A DNA stretch of 64,000 bases from Trichodelitschia bisporula (Eukaryota), in contig ML996688.1 in NCBI GenBank assembly GCA_010356995.1, positions 806,001-870,000 of the forward strand, written 5' to 3'. Positions 24,038 through 36,128 of the stretch are shown here, piece by piece; position 1 is the stretch's first letter; each line of letters begins with the position of its first letter. The position numbers were made by a program, and so were the translations under genes. The notes under the pieces were generated by a model. It searched no databases, was not told the origin of the DNA, and saw only the letters and a list, made by a program, of their open reading frames with translations.

Positions 24038-26919
24038 ATGAGAGTCACTACCCTCACTAGCAATGAGGTGGAGGACCCTTTTTCGCCGCAGTATCTTGAA
24101 CGGCCGCGTGTACCAGGCTTATCCCTGACAGCGACGAGACCCCGAAGCATCGATGAGGTATCAGCAATAATCGAATCATCAAACCGCACGCCCGAGCGTT
24201 CCCAGAACATCGATCAACACCGTCACAACACCCGCAGGCCCTCTCTCCTAAGCCAGCAAAGCACGCACCCCTATTCAGGCGCTCACGGTGGATCCGCATC
24301 CGCCCACTCTAGCCGCCCGGGTAGCCAACGCTCCCTCTGGACCTCAATGCAACCACCCCCGAGCCCAGCACTAGAGGACTTCAACCACGAGGTCATGGTC
24401 AGCTACATCTACCAGCAGATGTGTTCAATGCAATGGGTCCTGGCGCGGGACAGCCATTTCGAAGGTGCGATTGTGCGAAAGAGTCGCGGCGTCTTTGCGT
24501 GCTATCCATCCAGGCTGTTGGAGTCACCGTTTGGTGTTGCAACGGTAGCGCTGGATGTTCAGGTATGCGACCTAGTTCGTCTGGAGTTCGCGGCTGATGA
24601 GTGAAGGCTGCTATGATGATCAACTCCCGTATCGTGAAGACGTACCTCCAGTGTTCGTCCGGCGCAGTCGAGGTTCCGCTAGTGAACGGAGTCCGCGTTC
24701 GGATTCTACACACCATGGACGAGCTGCCGAAGGCACGCTAGTACCACTTCACTGCTTTCGTTAGGGAGTCGCAAACCCTAGTTTTGTGGGATGACAAGAC
24801 CCAAGCGATTATACCCCGCGCAAAGGCCATTATGGATGAGCTGATGAACAAGGTGTGGGAGCATGAGCAGGAAGGATTCGCCGAAGACCTCAAGCCAGAA
24901 GGAGAGGTCTTGTCGAAAGAGGCGGACATGGAGCGCAGAGAGTGCTGTTCTAGGCGTCCCACCAACATGCTGAATGCGATTTTGGTTGCCATCACCATGG
25001 TTTTGGTCCTGGCCACGCTGGGGGCGGGCTGGCATGAGATTGCGCTCGACATTGCCGTGGACAGGGATTTCACCCGGCTGGCCTTCATCGCCCTTGCCCC
25101 CGTTCAAATATTCTTCACACTGGTAAGTCCGAAAGTCGCAGGAACCAAGCGGCAAACCGACGTCTTTCAGTTTTTCGCCCAAGTGATAGTCGGCTGCATC
25201 GCCCAATGCATCGCTCCAATCAAGCAAATCAACGAGAACTCCAAGTACTACTCCGCGCAACGACACTGCCTCATGTGACGGTTCAGTGCCTGGTGTACAA
25301 GGAAGGGCTTGAGCATTTCATTGCACCTACGGTACGATCGGTTGAGCAGGCCGTCTCGGTGTATGAACTGCAAGGCGGGTCGGCGAATCTGCTCATCCAC
25401 GATGACGGCCTGCAGCTTCTCGACGAAACAGAGCGCGTAAGGCTCATTGAGTTTTACGCGAACCATGGGATTGTCTGGACGGCGTGGCCGCCGGATGGCC
25501 AGCATGGCTTCGCTCGGAAGGGCAGATTCAAGAAAGCTTCTAATATGAACTACGGGCTCATGCTTGCCAACAAGGTGGAGGATTGACTGGCGCTTCTCGA
25601 TCAGTCGAAAGAGTGGTCAAATGAAAAGGAGGCCCAAGCATACGGATCTTGTCTGAAAACTGTTCTGGAAGAGAGTCCGGGCGCTTGGGCGGAGGGTAGC
25701 ATTCGCGTCGAAGACTACATCCTGCTGAGTACGCTGAGCTGTCTTCTATGGGGTCCGCATGCTGATATACTCTAGTCGATTCCGACACCCGCATCCCCAG
25801 TGACTGCCTCCTCGATGCCGTGAGCGAAATGAAACGGTCTCCCGAAGTCGGAATTCTTCAGTTTTCGTCCGGCACCATGCAAGTCACGCACAAGTACTTC
25901 GAGAACGGCATCACGTTCTTCACCGAAATGAGCTACACAGCCATTAGATACACAGTCTCCAACGGGGATGCCACACTTTTCGTAGGACACAATGCCATAC
26001 TGCGCTGGGCTGCAATCCAGGAGGTTTCCTTCACTGACGACGACGGCTACGACAAGTACTGGTCCGAGTCACACGTTTCCGAAGACTTCGACATGTCGCT
26101 CCGCCTGCAGGTTAGCGGATACACCATCCGTCTTGCCGCCTGGGCCGGCCAGGGCTTCAAGGAAGGCGTGTCCCTAACGGTATATGACGAGCTCGCACGT
26201 TGGGAAAAGCACGCCTACGGCTGCAACGAGCTGATCTTCCACCCGCTGGGCCTGTGGCTCGTCCGCGGACCCTTCACGCCGCTCTTCCGCCGGTTCATGA
26301 CGAGCAACATCCGGCTCACGTCGAAGCTCACCATAATCTCTTACATAGGGACGTAATATGCCATCGGCGCGGCCTGGATCATGGCCGCGGCGAACTACTT
26401 CGCCATGGGGTGGTGCAACGGCTATCTGGACAAGCACTACATCGACTCGTGGAAGGTGTGGTTCTCAGTCGTTCTCGTATTTAACGGGCTGGGCAACATT
26501 GCACTCGCATGCCTGCGCTACCGAACCGCCGGGCGTAACTACGTCTCCACGTTGTTCGAGAACCTTAGGTGGACTTTCATGCTGGCCATCTTCCTCGGGG
26601 GGGGGTGGCGCTTCATGTATCGCAGGCCCTGCTGGCACACATGTTCGAGCGGCGGGTTGCGTGGGGCGCCACGTCCAAGGAAGTCGAGTTTTCGAACTTC
26701 TTCATCGAGGTTCCGCGCGTTCTGGCGCGCTTCCGGTTCAGCATGGCATTTGCGTTGCTGTCCATCGTGGCCCTCGTGATATTCGCCAAAGCTCCCTTCG
26801 TCCCACACGACTGGCGAATCACAGATTTTGTGGCCATTTTACCCATGGCTACGGTTGCGGCATCTCATCTCTTGTTGCCCATTGCATTGAATCCGGCATT
26901 GATGACATTCTCCTGGTGA
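24038..26919 (+). pseudogene. Processive membrane glycosyltransferase family 2 (synthase-like), pseudogene
   Basis: GT2 motifs HDDG, KASNMN, DSDT, SEDFD and ELARW plus several TM helices. Interrupted by in-frame stops (TAG 24739, TGA 25584, TAA 26354) and frameshifts (about 25260, about 25600-25690, G9 run 26597-26605). Confidence 0.88.
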
Positions 26920-27134
26920 AGCGGCTGATTTCGGTTTCGATGCTCTCGGGATCTATCGCCTTATATTTGGTGGCATCCACAAGTTCACTTTAGAAGTAGT
27001 AATGTAATCCTTGGGTACTGCATATTTCAGACTTTAGCGAGCTCGTAAGCTCCATTTCGCTGTCCAGTGGCGCCCTGATAAGACTTAACCCCAGATCAAA
27101 GCACAAGGATCTCACTCCAAGATCTGCATGTAAA

Positions 27135-28583
27135 TCAACGCCGCTTGCCCGGAATGACGCGCTGCTTCGGGAATTCCAAGGGTATACGCAACTTCGCCAT
27201 CTTGTGCAAACCAGCTTCTGCCTTGGAAAGTTTGTAGTTGGCACGTTCCTTCTCAGTCATAGCTGCGATTTTGCAACCAAGTTCCGAGAAATACTGAGCA
27301 GCCTGCTTGTGGTCGATACGGAGATCTTCTTGGATGTCATGGATGTCGGTCTCGAAGTTGTCGATAAGCAGAGTGACAGCAGCCACGTGCATAGAGAACT
27401 TGTCGACATGCCATTTCGTCATTTCACTGTGCGGTCAGCAGGTATGGTCCAAGAGAGGGAAAACTTACGATCCCGATGTAAACTTCCGCTTTATGCCTTC
27501 GATCAGACTGTCTGCGGCATCGAGACCTTGCAGCTTGTCTCGCGGTGGCAACTTCCTGCCCCCTCCCTTGACGATGCGAAGTCTGCCAAAGAAGTCAAGC
27601 ATTACAAGGACGTATTTCAGCAATGTAAGCTTCCGTACGTCCTTACTCAATGCCAGCTTATAGAGCCTCCGCGATACGTAGCGGCTGGGTGTCTTGACAT
27701 CTTCATTCGTCTCCGCCGCCCTTTGCCAGTTTTTGACCGACAGTGCCTGTAGTTCCTCCTTGCTGACGAGTATCTCCAATGGGTACACTTCGGCGGGCGT
27801 AGTGGCTTGCAAGTTGGCCTTCGGTCGCGGTTTCGCGTCGTCAGCAGCCGCCTGGTGTGCTTCCTTCGTGGGCATCTTGGCTGTGACTTCGGCCAGCGAT
27901 TCCATGACGGCAGCGGTGAGGGCAGTCTTCGGGACGCCTTCAATAGATGTACCCTGCGGTGCGATGGCGTTTTCGGTGATGGAGGCGATTGCCTTTTTGG
28001 CTTTCTTGGTACCGAATTCCAGGCCGAGTGTCTTACGCTGGGAGGCGAGCTGCAGAGAAGTTAGCCTACGCAAAGCAATCCATTTGGGCACTCACGGTTG
28101 CCTTCGCAGCATTCTGAGCAGCATCGATCTCATCTTGATGTGGCCGGAGCTCACTACGGAGCACCAACTTTGGTACCTCTATCACTTCAACCTCGCCCAT
28201 CTTTGGGTTGAAAACGCCGACGTAGTGCTTGAGAAAGGCATCAGTACCTCCACCAAGCTCTTCCTTGGCCAGGTAGTCAAGGCGTGGATGTTTGGAAGAG
28301 TGCAGGAGGAGTTCGGACCGCCTGGTAGAACCACGCACTTCATGAATCCGTCTATAGGTATTGAGGGCGAGGTCCGTGGATGCCGTAAAGCCGGGCGTCG
28401 AAACTGTAAACTGTAAGAAGGTGTATTGACGCACTCTTCGAGACACCCACCGATTACGGGGCCAAGTTCAGAGCGCGGCTTCTGGAAAACGATCTTGACA
28501 GTATCGATGGCGGGAATTGTCGCTGCCTTTTTGCTGGGCCGACCCTCTGCTTCTACAGCCCTCTTCCTCTTCTTATCACCCAT
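27135..28583 (-). CDS. RPA49: RNA polymerase I subunit A49
   Basis: Four exons. Motifs LLLHSSKHPRLDY, LGLEFGTKKAKKAIASITENAI, PKANLQATTPAEVYPLE, YFSELGCKI, AKLRIPLEFP. Confidence 0.9.
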
Positions 28584-29435
28584 GGCTGCGACAGTCGATA
28601 GTATGGAGAGATAGGTGCCGGGTAAGGTGCGTGCTCGGGCAAAGATGTGGATGTTTGATGCTCAACTTTTTTCTCAAGAAAGTTGCGCCGCTAGCCTCCG
28701 GTGCATCACCCCTGTCGCGCCAACAACCCGCAGGGCCAGCCCCGCGCCAAGCCCACCTCCGCATCTGAACCGTAGATCCTTCAGTTGACGACGAGGAGTT
28801 CTGGAGTTCGGGAGTGTCAAACGTATCGGCTGGAGATGCTTGGAATATTCCGTCGACGCACGTACCGAATTGAGCCAATGTGTGGGCTTTCGCGCTTCAA
28901 GCCATTTTTCTCTACGGAGGAGTATGTTCCGTCGTTGCTTATGAACTCTTCAAGAATTGAAGATTGAAGAGTACACTGGCAGCTGCAGCACAATGGCTCG
29001 AAGAGTTCAAGGTCCAAGGGTCACTCTGGGTGTCACCTTTGTGGGGTTAGGGAGGCACATAGAAGGTCGTGGCATCAAGCCTGGAATCCTAGCTTCTACA
29101 CGTCATATGGTGACCAACTTCACCTAGGCATCATTTCAAGCTACGGATCTAGTGGCAGCTCCTGGTTATATCTTAGCTAGTCTTCTCACTTCTTTGTCGA
29201 CTCGGTATATAGCAAAGCCCTTTGCAGCTGTTATCAAAGTTCTCGCCAAAGCAGGACATTGTAAGTGATGCACCCCTATCAACTCGCCTTGGCATTGACT
29301 GCAATGCGTCAACATCCTTGATTGCTGTTACATATGACGACGGGGATTACATCTCTTGCCTAACAATTCGTTAGCAAATACCCCGGCTTTCTTCCCACTG
29401 TCAACAGTACAATCTGCGAAGCTTCCACTTAAACC

Positions 29436-30133
29436 ATGCTCGAGATATTCGATTCCGTCAAAGCCTTCCTGATGGACAAAGGGCAACAAGTCATGAACAT
29501 CGTGCCTCCCGAGAAGAGGGCGGAGTTAATGGCCGAAGGACAGAAATTTGTCATAAACAATCCGAAGCTCGCAGTAAGCAACGTTCGATTAAAGACCTTG
29601 AGCCGGACTGACACAACTTGCAGTTCTTCCTCCTCTCTCACATCAGCCTCAGCGCGGTTCCCATCGTACTGTTCATCCTCTTCAGTATATCCGTCTTCCT
29701 CGTGGCTCTTGTGGTGTCTTTAGTTATCGCCCTCCTTGCGACCGTACTCTTCACTGCTTTCATGGTCGGAGTAGCACTTCTCGTCCTCTTCCCGACCGTC
29801 CTGGCAGTTTCCACGGCCGCAACATTCCTCTTCCTCTGGGGCGTGGGCGGGTACTACCTCCTCAAGCACTTCAACCTTGGTGAAAGCCCTGCAGCCCAAG
29901 GCGAGGCCATCGGGGACAAGCTAAATGAGCTTGCGGGCGGCCGACTCGACTTCATCATGAAAAGCGCACGCGCCTCTGCTGCGGGAAGTGTGGGAAGTGA
30001 CGCGGCGGCAGACGAGAAGGAAAAACTGATGAAAGAGGAAGAAGACGATCATGCATCGAATAAGGCGACCAAGGCTGCGACCGGGGCGCCCAAGAAGCTC
30101 GGGGCGCAAAAGTCGAAACCAGCGTCATCCTAA
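29436..30133 (+). CDS. Promethin/LDAF1-like lipid-droplet membrane protein
   Basis: Exons 29436-29573 and 29624-30133. Very long continuous hydrophobic segment after NPKLA ending LWGVGGYY, followed by a charged tail. Confidence 0.7.
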
Positions 30134-32177
30134 ATGCGCTTGCTTAGTTTGCGGACAATAATATCTTTGGTATGACGGATCGACGTTACGGGAAGGCCCA
30201 AAGCACATGAAGCGCTTCGGATATCATGAAATTCAGGCAGAGGAAGGCTTGCTGGCTGGAATTGAAATTGATTTGGGGAAATACCCAGTAATCAACGTTG
30301 TGGAAAAACTTCAGAATGGCTGTGGGGTTGCGCCGCTTCAGGTTCGTCAACTCGCTGTTGAGTGCGATTGCAAGGCAAGCAAATGAATTGTTTGCCGAAT
30401 ATCAAGCCGCAACGGCAACGCATCTGTGCCGGGGTTGCAGGGCGCCCGATTTCTCGTGATTCAAAAGTGGGTCCCGAGAGCGGCAGGGCTTAAATAAGCG
30501 CCTGTCATCATCGTGTTCGCCACAGCCTTCGACCTCGCTCCACGACCATGGGGAAACAATTCTGGGAATTAGGCTTGAACAGTAGGGCCGAGTAATGTGG
30601 TAGCAGCGGTTCGTCAAAGCAAATACACTCCCCATATGAGAGCCGACAAGCAGGCATTTTTGATCGTTGACCTTTTGTGGGGATTATCCTTCCTGAGTCG
30701 TTCTAAAAATAGCAGGGAACAGGATCCAACTCGCACTACGGTACGGGTAGTAGTACCGTACTTATGAACACACAGCCACCTTTAAAAAACGATCTGGCGA
30801 ATGGAATCGAGGCTTCACATGCGAGAAAACGCGCGATAAGGAGAAGGGCTTCTTCGGAACTTTCTTGGGGGGACTGAACGCGCAGGACTGGCTATCGGGG
30901 ATTTTGGTTACGGTGGAGCGCACATTTGCGGGGGGAAAGTGTTTGGAGTGGGACCGAGAAGGACGAGACGGAAACTGTGGGATCGACTGTCGGAGAGGAC
31001 TGAACCAGGCATTGTTGGTTCTTTGCCATCCATCCTTGACGGAGATTCGTACGTAGTATGATGGTATGCTTGCTCGATGAAGTCGCTTCAGCTTGGTCCC
31101 GATCAGGCCGATGTCTGTCAGCTCAGCTCAGGAACGAAAGCCCAAGTAGACTGCAGCGTAAGTGTACTGTGTACGACGGGATTACGGGCACTATAACTGC
31201 CGTGCCGCGATAGGTGCCCACACTTGCAGTTTGCAGTTGCAGTCGCAGGAGAGTTGTCGCATCTTTTTTGCTGTCGCTGCCGCCAGCTCGCAACTCACTT
31301 TTCTTGCGGTGGAGGTCAAAGCAAGCTATGCCGATCATCACATCACGGTCTTCACATCTCGTTATCAACATTTTTAACTCCACACGAAGAGTACAGTAGC
31401 GAGAGAAAAGACGGTACGGATGTACATACTACTGTACTCTTTCAGTCTTCCACTCTAATTCATCTTCTCCGCTTCCAGCCCATGTTCAATTTTTCTTGGG
31501 AGAAGCGCGAACGATAAGGCTGGTCCCGCCCCGTCACCACAGCCCCAGGCCAGGCCCAACTCGTCATTGGTTTGTGCACCCTCCACTCTACGCCCTCCAC
31601 ACCAGACGCACGCCCCTCCTCCCTCGCCCAACCGCCCGTTTCCTTCCCATCACAGCAGTTATCCGCCTCCACCAAAAGACGCACCAAGACCACCGCACAT
31701 TTTCTCCGCACGCGGCACCGGTCGAGCCCTCAACACTCTCTCTGGCTGAACCTCCTCCTCCTCGCGCCCATTTCTCTCCAAACCCAGCCTGAACACACTG
31801 CGCCAATTAATTCTTACCTGTCAGGCCGCACAACCGTCGACTACTCGCCCATGGGCCTTCTTCCCGCTGGAGTTCGTCGCTGTCTTTGGTTACGGCTGCG
31901 CTTCCACGCTCCTTCCTGAGTCCTCTTGTGTCCAACCGACCGTCCGCATCCTGTCGCATCTACCTCAACCTCGTTCACACCCATCCTCAATTTTTCGCCT
32001 CCGATAAACCGTGCAACTGCGATCGTTCCCAGCCCGCGAGGCCCTGTTGTGTGCGCGGCGCGTTTAATGGACCGCGACCGGACATTATCGCCGCTGCCTG
32101 TCTATGCTGTCGGGGGAGCTACGAGCAAGGATGAAATTTGGGAGTTTGGTGCTGAGTGCGACCAGCGCGTTGTCAGG

Positions 32178-35100
32178 ATGACATCTTTTGGGCAAACCTC
32201 GGGCAAGAGAAGACAAGAGAGACACGGTGGACGACGCGCATACTCCCAGGCACCTGGCCGTTTACGGAACTCAACATGGAGCTCGGTGCTATTACCGCTA
32301 TTTCTGCTAGCTCTGCTTTCGCGGACAACAGAGGCCGTCTACGTCGCCTTTGAAAACTGCCTGGATCGCAAATACTTAACGTTGGAACCAAAGCCACTGC
32401 AGTTTGTTCCTTACTTCGTCAACGCCAAGTTCAACAACACGGACGAGAAACACAACTTGAATATCACGATATATGGCAACGTGACTGGGAACAACGACGC
32501 ACCCTATCGTGCCCCTAGTGATCCAAGATGGAAGAATGACAACGATACTTATGGCAAGATCGTGGGCGCCACCAAGCATCACTACACGACCCTCTTCACG
32601 AACGTCGATGTCTTGACCTACAGTTCATGGGATGCCCCTGCCTCATCGTTTTGCAACGCTACTCGCAGCGATGATGACTGCCCATGGGGGCCGCTCTTTG
32701 ACGGCAACAGCAGCGATCCAAACACTCTCCATTCCTTCTCTGTAGGCCATGACTTCTTCGGTGCCTACTCCTTTTCCACAATGTCGACTACTGTCAGGGT
32801 GAAAGCAGGCGACGATGCGGCCACCAGCATCGCCTGTATTTCTTTCAGCATCACCCCGGATATCGGCGGTAAGCTCTCCGCAGCGCTGACCTACATCCCT
32901 GTGGCAATCCTAGTGCTCGTGGCAATTGCAACCTTGATTGCTGCGACGCTGAGTCCCTGGAGCTCCTCCGATTTCTTCTACTGGACCAGCAATTACGGTC
33001 GCAACGATGAAATCTTGCGACTGATTACACCTGGTTTCGGGGACTGCCTACACTACATCCAATTCATCGTTCTCGCTGGCAGCTTGAGCCTTGACTACCC
33101 GGGCTTCTTCCAACCAGTTGTCAGTCATGTAAGTTGGTCGGCATTGATGTTCAACGAAAGCTTCGTGAGCAACGGCAACGGAACCCGGAACCTAATCGAT
33201 GGCATGTACATTGTCAACGGAACGTACGGCCTCGAAAGGATGTCTCAGCTGGTGGGGATCTCGGAGCCCCAAGACATCTGGGCGGGAATGATAATCTGGA
33301 TGTGCGTCATCATCGCCATCGTGGTGGGCGGGACCCAGATCGGCTTTGCGACCAGTTGGTTTCACAGGATGCTGTCCGAGAAACCCCAAGAGGACTTTCG
33401 CAGCAAAAACCTGCCCCTCACTCTTGGACATGTGGTCCGGGTCGTGTTTAACTACTTTTTGCTTCCTCTGGTTTCACTTTCCATGTTTCAGATGGTTGTC
33501 GCACCTCACTCGTCCGGGGCCGTCGTTGGAATGGCTGTCGTGCTATTGGTCGTGGTCATCTGCTCTGCCGCCTGGATATTCCGCCTCATTTTCACGACGC
33601 GACCGCGGGTCCACCTCTTCGATCACTTGCCGTTGCTTCTGGCATATGGGCCGCTTTACAACACCTACTCAGATGAAGCTGCGCCCTTTGCGTTTATCCC
33701 GGTTCTCCTCACGTTCGTACGGGGCATCGCGATTGGTGCCGTCCAGCCATCCGGGATCGCCCAGCTGGTCGTCCTGGCCGTCTGCGAAGTGGTCATGATA
33801 CTCACGCTCCATGCTTTCCGGCCCTTCCGGTCACTGACCTCGATGAATGCTTATCACACATTTTTCTCGGCCATTCGACTCGCCTCGGTGCTTCTTTGCG
33901 TCGCATTTGTGCCGTCGTTGGGCGTGTCGGAAGCTTCCAGAGGATGGATTGGCTACGTCATCCTGCTCCTGCACGCCATCGTGCTGGTGTTCGGCTTCTT
34001 CCTCAATGCCGTCCAAACGATTATTGAAATCTTTGCTCGCCGTGCTGGAGCTGGACGGGATACCCAGGGCGGCCTCTCCGCAGTGTTCGGCGTGCGCCAA
34101 CTCTCCAAGCGTAACAGGAAGCATGGCGCTCGCAGCGAGGCAGAGTCTCAGACTGAAAAATCTAGATCCTTGAGCATGGGGAACAGGGTGACAAGCCTGT
34201 CAGCGTCTTCAGTGATGATGTTGAACTCTCCTGACCAGCGTGGCAGTGGCAATTTTGACCACCTTGAGCGTGGGAGTCTGGCAAGTGGCACAAGTCCTGG
34301 GACAAGCACCTTAGGTCCGCCGCAGAGCCCTTTCTCTTTTGTGCCCCCTGGTTCATCTCACCGGAGGCCTACCCTCATCAGCAAAGCTATGGAGCCGACT
34401 GACCCGTTCTACCGCCCTCCACGGACGCGTAAGCAGACTCTGGAGTCCATACCGTCTGCTTCTCCCCCACATGCAGGCCAGGAACTTCCGGATTCGTACT
34501 TCCCCATCCCACAGCAACCTTATGCTGAGAGCGTCGCGGAGGGTTCCATTAATAACTCCATTAGCGCGGCTTACATGCGGGATGCACGCGGGGACTCGGA
34601 CTCCAATTTGAGTGAGCAACGCAAGTTTACGGACTATGCTGTCCGCGAGTCGGATTTTGTACTCGGCGTTGGCGGGCGCGACTCCAACTTCTACTACGGC
34701 GTGCGCGGGCCGGCCTTGTCGAGCACCCCGAGCCGAAGACGAAGAACGGGACCAGCCGATCCGATGAACCCTGTGGCGTCAGCTACTGGTTGGTTTAAGG
34801 GACTCATGGGCGGGAAGCGCAAAGAGAAGACCAAAGGATTTGAGGTGGTGCGAAGTACGCGAATGCAACTCATACCTCAGGATGACGACTCACCCCCGAT
34901 ACCGCAAGAACCTTATACAGACAGCCCGCAGAAGCAGGACACTTCTGTAGCTGATCCCACAGGTCCTTCTACCGTTGCGGGTCCCAGCTCCGGGAGCCCG
35001 AAGGTCCCACCCCCAACGGCCCACAAATCAAGCCAATCGTTCGATACTCTGGCACCCCCGCGTGTCCCGGGCCTCCTCAATCAGCGATCAACGTCGTTCC

Positions 35101-35477
35101 GAAGGCCAGGGGGCTCGAGTCACAGCGACGAAAAGGACGCGCGTATCCCTTTTGCGACGGATGCGTCGCCCTCGCCGGAACGGTCCGGTGCTGCGAGTCG
35201 CGCATCGAGCTCGTACTCTGGGGATGCCAACACTGAGGATGTTCAGGCCTTCATCACGCAGTACTCTCCCGAGACGGCGCGAGGTATCCCTGGAGGCCCG
35301 ACGTTCGAGCCTCCCGAGCGGCCGATGAGCACTGGGCGTGTTGCTCAAAGGCTTGTGGGGGAAGGGCTACGACCGGGGCCTGCGGTTTATGACGCTGGGA
35401 GGTGGCAGGGGAGTACAGCGGAGTTGGTGGACCCGGGCAGTCGAGATGGGAAAGAGACGGATGTTGAGAGGCGGTAG
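32178..35477 (+). CDS. TRP-like/FLC (PKD2-related) membrane channel with ML-like luminal domain
   Basis: Intronless ORF with a signal-like hydrophobic stretch, a Cys/N-glycan-rich luminal domain, PGFGDCLHYIQFIVLAGSLSLDYPGFFQP, YGPLYNTY, many TM helices and a long disordered C-tail. Start codon uncertain (in-frame ATGs at 32067 and 32178). Confidence 0.85.
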   Translation: MTSFGQTSGKRRQERHGGRRAYSQAPGRLRNSTWSSVLLPLFLLALLSRTTEAVYVAFENCLDRKYLTLEPKPLQFVPYFVNAKFNNTDEKHNLNITIYGNVTGNNDAPYRAPSDPRWKNDNDTYGKIVGATKHHYTTLFTNVDVLTYSSWDAPASSFCNATRSDDDCPWGPLFDGNSSDPNTLHSFSVGHDFFGAYSFSTMSTTVRVKAGDDAATSIACISFSITPDIGGKLSAALTYIPVAILVLVAIATLIAATLSPWSSSDFFYWTSNYGRNDEILRLITPGFGDCLHYIQFIVLAGSLSLDYPGFFQPVVSHVSWSALMFNESFVSNGNGTRNLIDGMYIVNGTYGLERMSQLVGISEPQDIWAGMIIWMCVIIAIVVGGTQIGFATSWFHRMLSEKPQEDFRSKNLPLTLGHVVRVVFNYFLLPLVSLSMFQMVVAPHSSGAVVGMAVVLLVVVICSAAWIFRLIFTTRPRVHLFDHLPLLLAYGPLYNTYSDEAAPFAFIPVLLTFVRGIAIGAVQPSGIAQLVVLAVCEVVMILTLHAFRPFRSLTSMNAYHTFFSAIRLASVLLCVAFVPSLGVSEASRGWIGYVILLLHAIVLVFGFFLNAVQTIIEIFARRAGAGRDTQGGLSAVFGVRQLSKRNRKHGARSEAESQTEKSRSLSMGNRVTSLSASSVMMLNSPDQRGSGNFDHLERGSLASGTSPGTSTLGPPQSPFSFVPPGSSHRRPTLISKAMEPTDPFYRPPRTRKQTLESIPSASPPHAGQELPDSYFPIPQQPYAESVAEGSINNSISAAYMRDARGDSDSNLSEQRKFTDYAVRESDFVLGVGGRDSNFYYGVRGPALSSTPSRRRRTGPADPMNPVASATGWFKGLMGGKRKEKTKGFEVVRSTRMQLIPQDDDSPPIPQEPYTDSPQKQDTSVADPTGPSTVAGPSSGSPKVPPPTAHKSSQSFDTLAPPRVPGLLNQRSTSFRRPGGSSHSDEKDARIPFATDASPSPERSGAASRASSSYSGDANTEDVQAFITQYSPETARGIPGGPTFEPPERPMSTGRVAQRLVGEGLRPGPAVYDAGRWQGSTAELVDPGSRDGKETDVERR

Positions 35478-36128
35478 GTGCCGCGAGTGAGCATTCGTAT
35501 CCTTTGCACATGAGCGTTCTAGTTGCCATTTATTCGTTGTATTGATGGCCGGATACCACTTCTTCTGTTTGGTGGTTCGACATCTGGGCAGATGGTTCCT
35601 TTGCTCGTCGACACCGTGCGAAGTCCTTGCTAATGATTTCCGATGTTACGAATTCCCTACTATCCTTGATGTCACGTTTGTCTCTATGGGGGTTTGCTGG
35701 GTAGTCTTTGTACATGTCTTCCCACCAAAAAGCGGGGATTGGGCATCACTCGAGGGATGGGGGCTTGTGAGATGGAGATATGGGAAAGTCGGCGTTTGCA
35801 TCTCTGGTATGATGCACACCCCACGTTTAGGGAACTTCTTAGCTGTTTATTGCTACCCTTCTCAGTTGTCATAGTTACGCTTGAGCTATGGGGATATATA
35901 TATTCTATTTCATGTCCGATACGGTTCCTAAAGGTCCATGCTATGGGGATAGGAGACTGGATATGGATAGGTTCGTAGCCATTACCCCCAATTCGTATGT
36001 ATCAGCTGTCAACACCACGGGCAGTGTGGTCAATCTAACTAGTTTTATCGAACGGCGAATAAAACCCCCCATAATTTACTGGTAAAAGACCAGTTTCGTC
36101 CTATTCAAACCGGTTGGCTTGACCATGC

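Noticed and set aside
27694..28416. 240-aa plus-strand ORF
   Set aside because: Antisense shadow of RPA49.
31926..32177. N-terminal extension of the TRP/FLC ORF from a TTG start
   Set aside because: It would push the signal-like segment far from the N-terminus. More likely an open 5' leader, although the ATG at 32067 cannot be excluded.
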